Part shown: positions 62,831 to 64,000 of the stretch, one piece after another | Layout of the letters: the number at the start of each line of letters is the position of its first letter | Numbering within the stretch: position 1 is the stretch's first letter | Notes under the pieces: generated by a model | Database searches by the model: none | Told to the model about the DNA's origin: nothing | The model's input: the letters and a program-made list of their open reading frames with translations, nothing else | Position numbers and translations under genes: made by a program | NCBI RefSeq assembly: GCF_001194135.2 | Contig: NC_068984.1 | Span: 60,651,283-60,715,282, forward strand | Source: Octopus bimaculoides | Lineage: Eukaryota | Reading direction: 5' to 3' | Length of the DNA stretch: 64,000 nucleotides

Positions 62831-63563
62831 CAGCTGTTGTCTATGTTGATTTCACCCGCGTGTTTTGCTTTAATTTTTCTGTATGTTAGTATATTACATA
62901 TTTTTCTGTACTTCTGTGTCCTAGTATTTTTCTGTGCTTTTTCTGTGTGTTAGTATTTTTACATATTTTACCTTTCATATATTTTTGGGACTCATTGACT
63001 CAGATAGCTGGATTATGATTTCACTAGGTTAATTCTATTCATAAAAATTTAAATTAGGAGTATTTCTTAAACCGTTAGCTTCACATTTCAACAGCTTAAC
63101 TGAAATTTAGCCCACGTAACAGGAACTGAGAGGGATATCATGGAACAGAGAAACTGTGGGTGATACAGATAATTTGACATTATTTTTGAATTCTGCATGC
63201 AAACACATATAAGATACAGGTATTCTTTTCTTTGGGACAAATTCTTTGTTCACCAGTGTTATTCTTATCGTAGTTTATAAATCCAAGCATGACGTTTTGG
63301 AGACAGACGTCCCCTTTTCACACACACATGCACTTATATATTAATGATGTACATAAATACATGGTATACATAATACTGAAGTATGCATAAACTAAGCACA
63401 TGCATACAAATATATTAATATAACAAATTTTAAAAAATGATAAAACCATACAATCAATGAAGAGACAAAAGAAACAGTAAGATGATACATGCTGATTTTA
63501 TTAGTTATTTCTGTTTATATAGAAACCTACAATGAACAGGTCAGATGCTAAACTATAAATTTC

Positions 63564-63812
63564 ACAGGGTACAACTTTAAAGTTGACACCACTCTGCTAA
63601 ACACAGAAAAATTCTGTCTCACTATTGGCTAAAAATACCCAGTTTTTTCGATTTTTAAACCTCTGTAACTCTTTTCTCCATTTTTATCCTCCACAACATC
63701 ATACCTTCAAAGCAATGAGACTGAAAGGCTATATTATAAGAGTTGATTTTCAGATTTTTTATTTCCTTTTAAAAAATGCATATTTTGCGAATGTAAAAAA
63801 CTACACCCTATA
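63564..63812. mobile_element. Possible decayed Tc1/mariner-type MITE
   Basis: CAGGGTACAACTTT at the left end and AAAACTACACCCTATA at the right end form a loose inverted end. Confidence 0.3.
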
Positions 63813-63969
63813 TACTATGTGTGTGTGTGTGTGGATTTGTGTACAGATATGTGTGTGAGAGTTGACTGTCTTTGTATTTAGTATGAAGAATATTCACCTG
63901 AGTTATTTTTCTATACCCATATTGTTAATATAATTATTAGTGTAACTATTTTCTGTTATATATACATAC

Positions 63970-64000
<31 letters not shown>

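Overview
This is AT-rich eukaryotic DNA, saturated with microsatellites and broken by 8 N-gaps that all abut microsatellites, as in a short-read assembly. The SINE/MITE repertoire and the (TA)n/(CA)n density look like an Octopus (coleoid cephalopod) genome; this is inferred from memory, not verified. No intact protein-coding gene, tRNA/rRNA gene or CRISPR array is supportable, and nearly all ORFs in the track are translated microsatellites. Well supported: several tRNA-derived SINE families (working names SINE-A, -B, -C), many (GAT)n-tailed 3' ends of an RTE LINE plus a 1.45-kb RTE remnant with a YADD motif, other LINE remnants (second RTE-type, CR1/Jockey-like, R4/Dong-like RLE domain), an internally deleted DD37D (maT) Tc1/mariner transposase, and pogo-, mariner-, hAT- and piggyBac-type MITEs. 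Most worth following up: (i) three mutually unrelated fold-back elements beside TA-rich microsatellites; (ii) two near-canonical RFX X-boxes, one in a CCAAT/Inr context flanked by divergent splice donors (candidate bidirectional ciliary-gene promoter, about 62.8 kb); (iii) a phase-compatible chain of short candidate minus-strand exons (low confidence); (iv) inverted SINE pairs as dsRNA/ADAR substrates; (v) a 5-copy head-to-tail SINE pile-up; (vi) a reconstructable nested insertion at 60.4-61.6 kb; (vii) a dispersed ~340-bp modular repeat.
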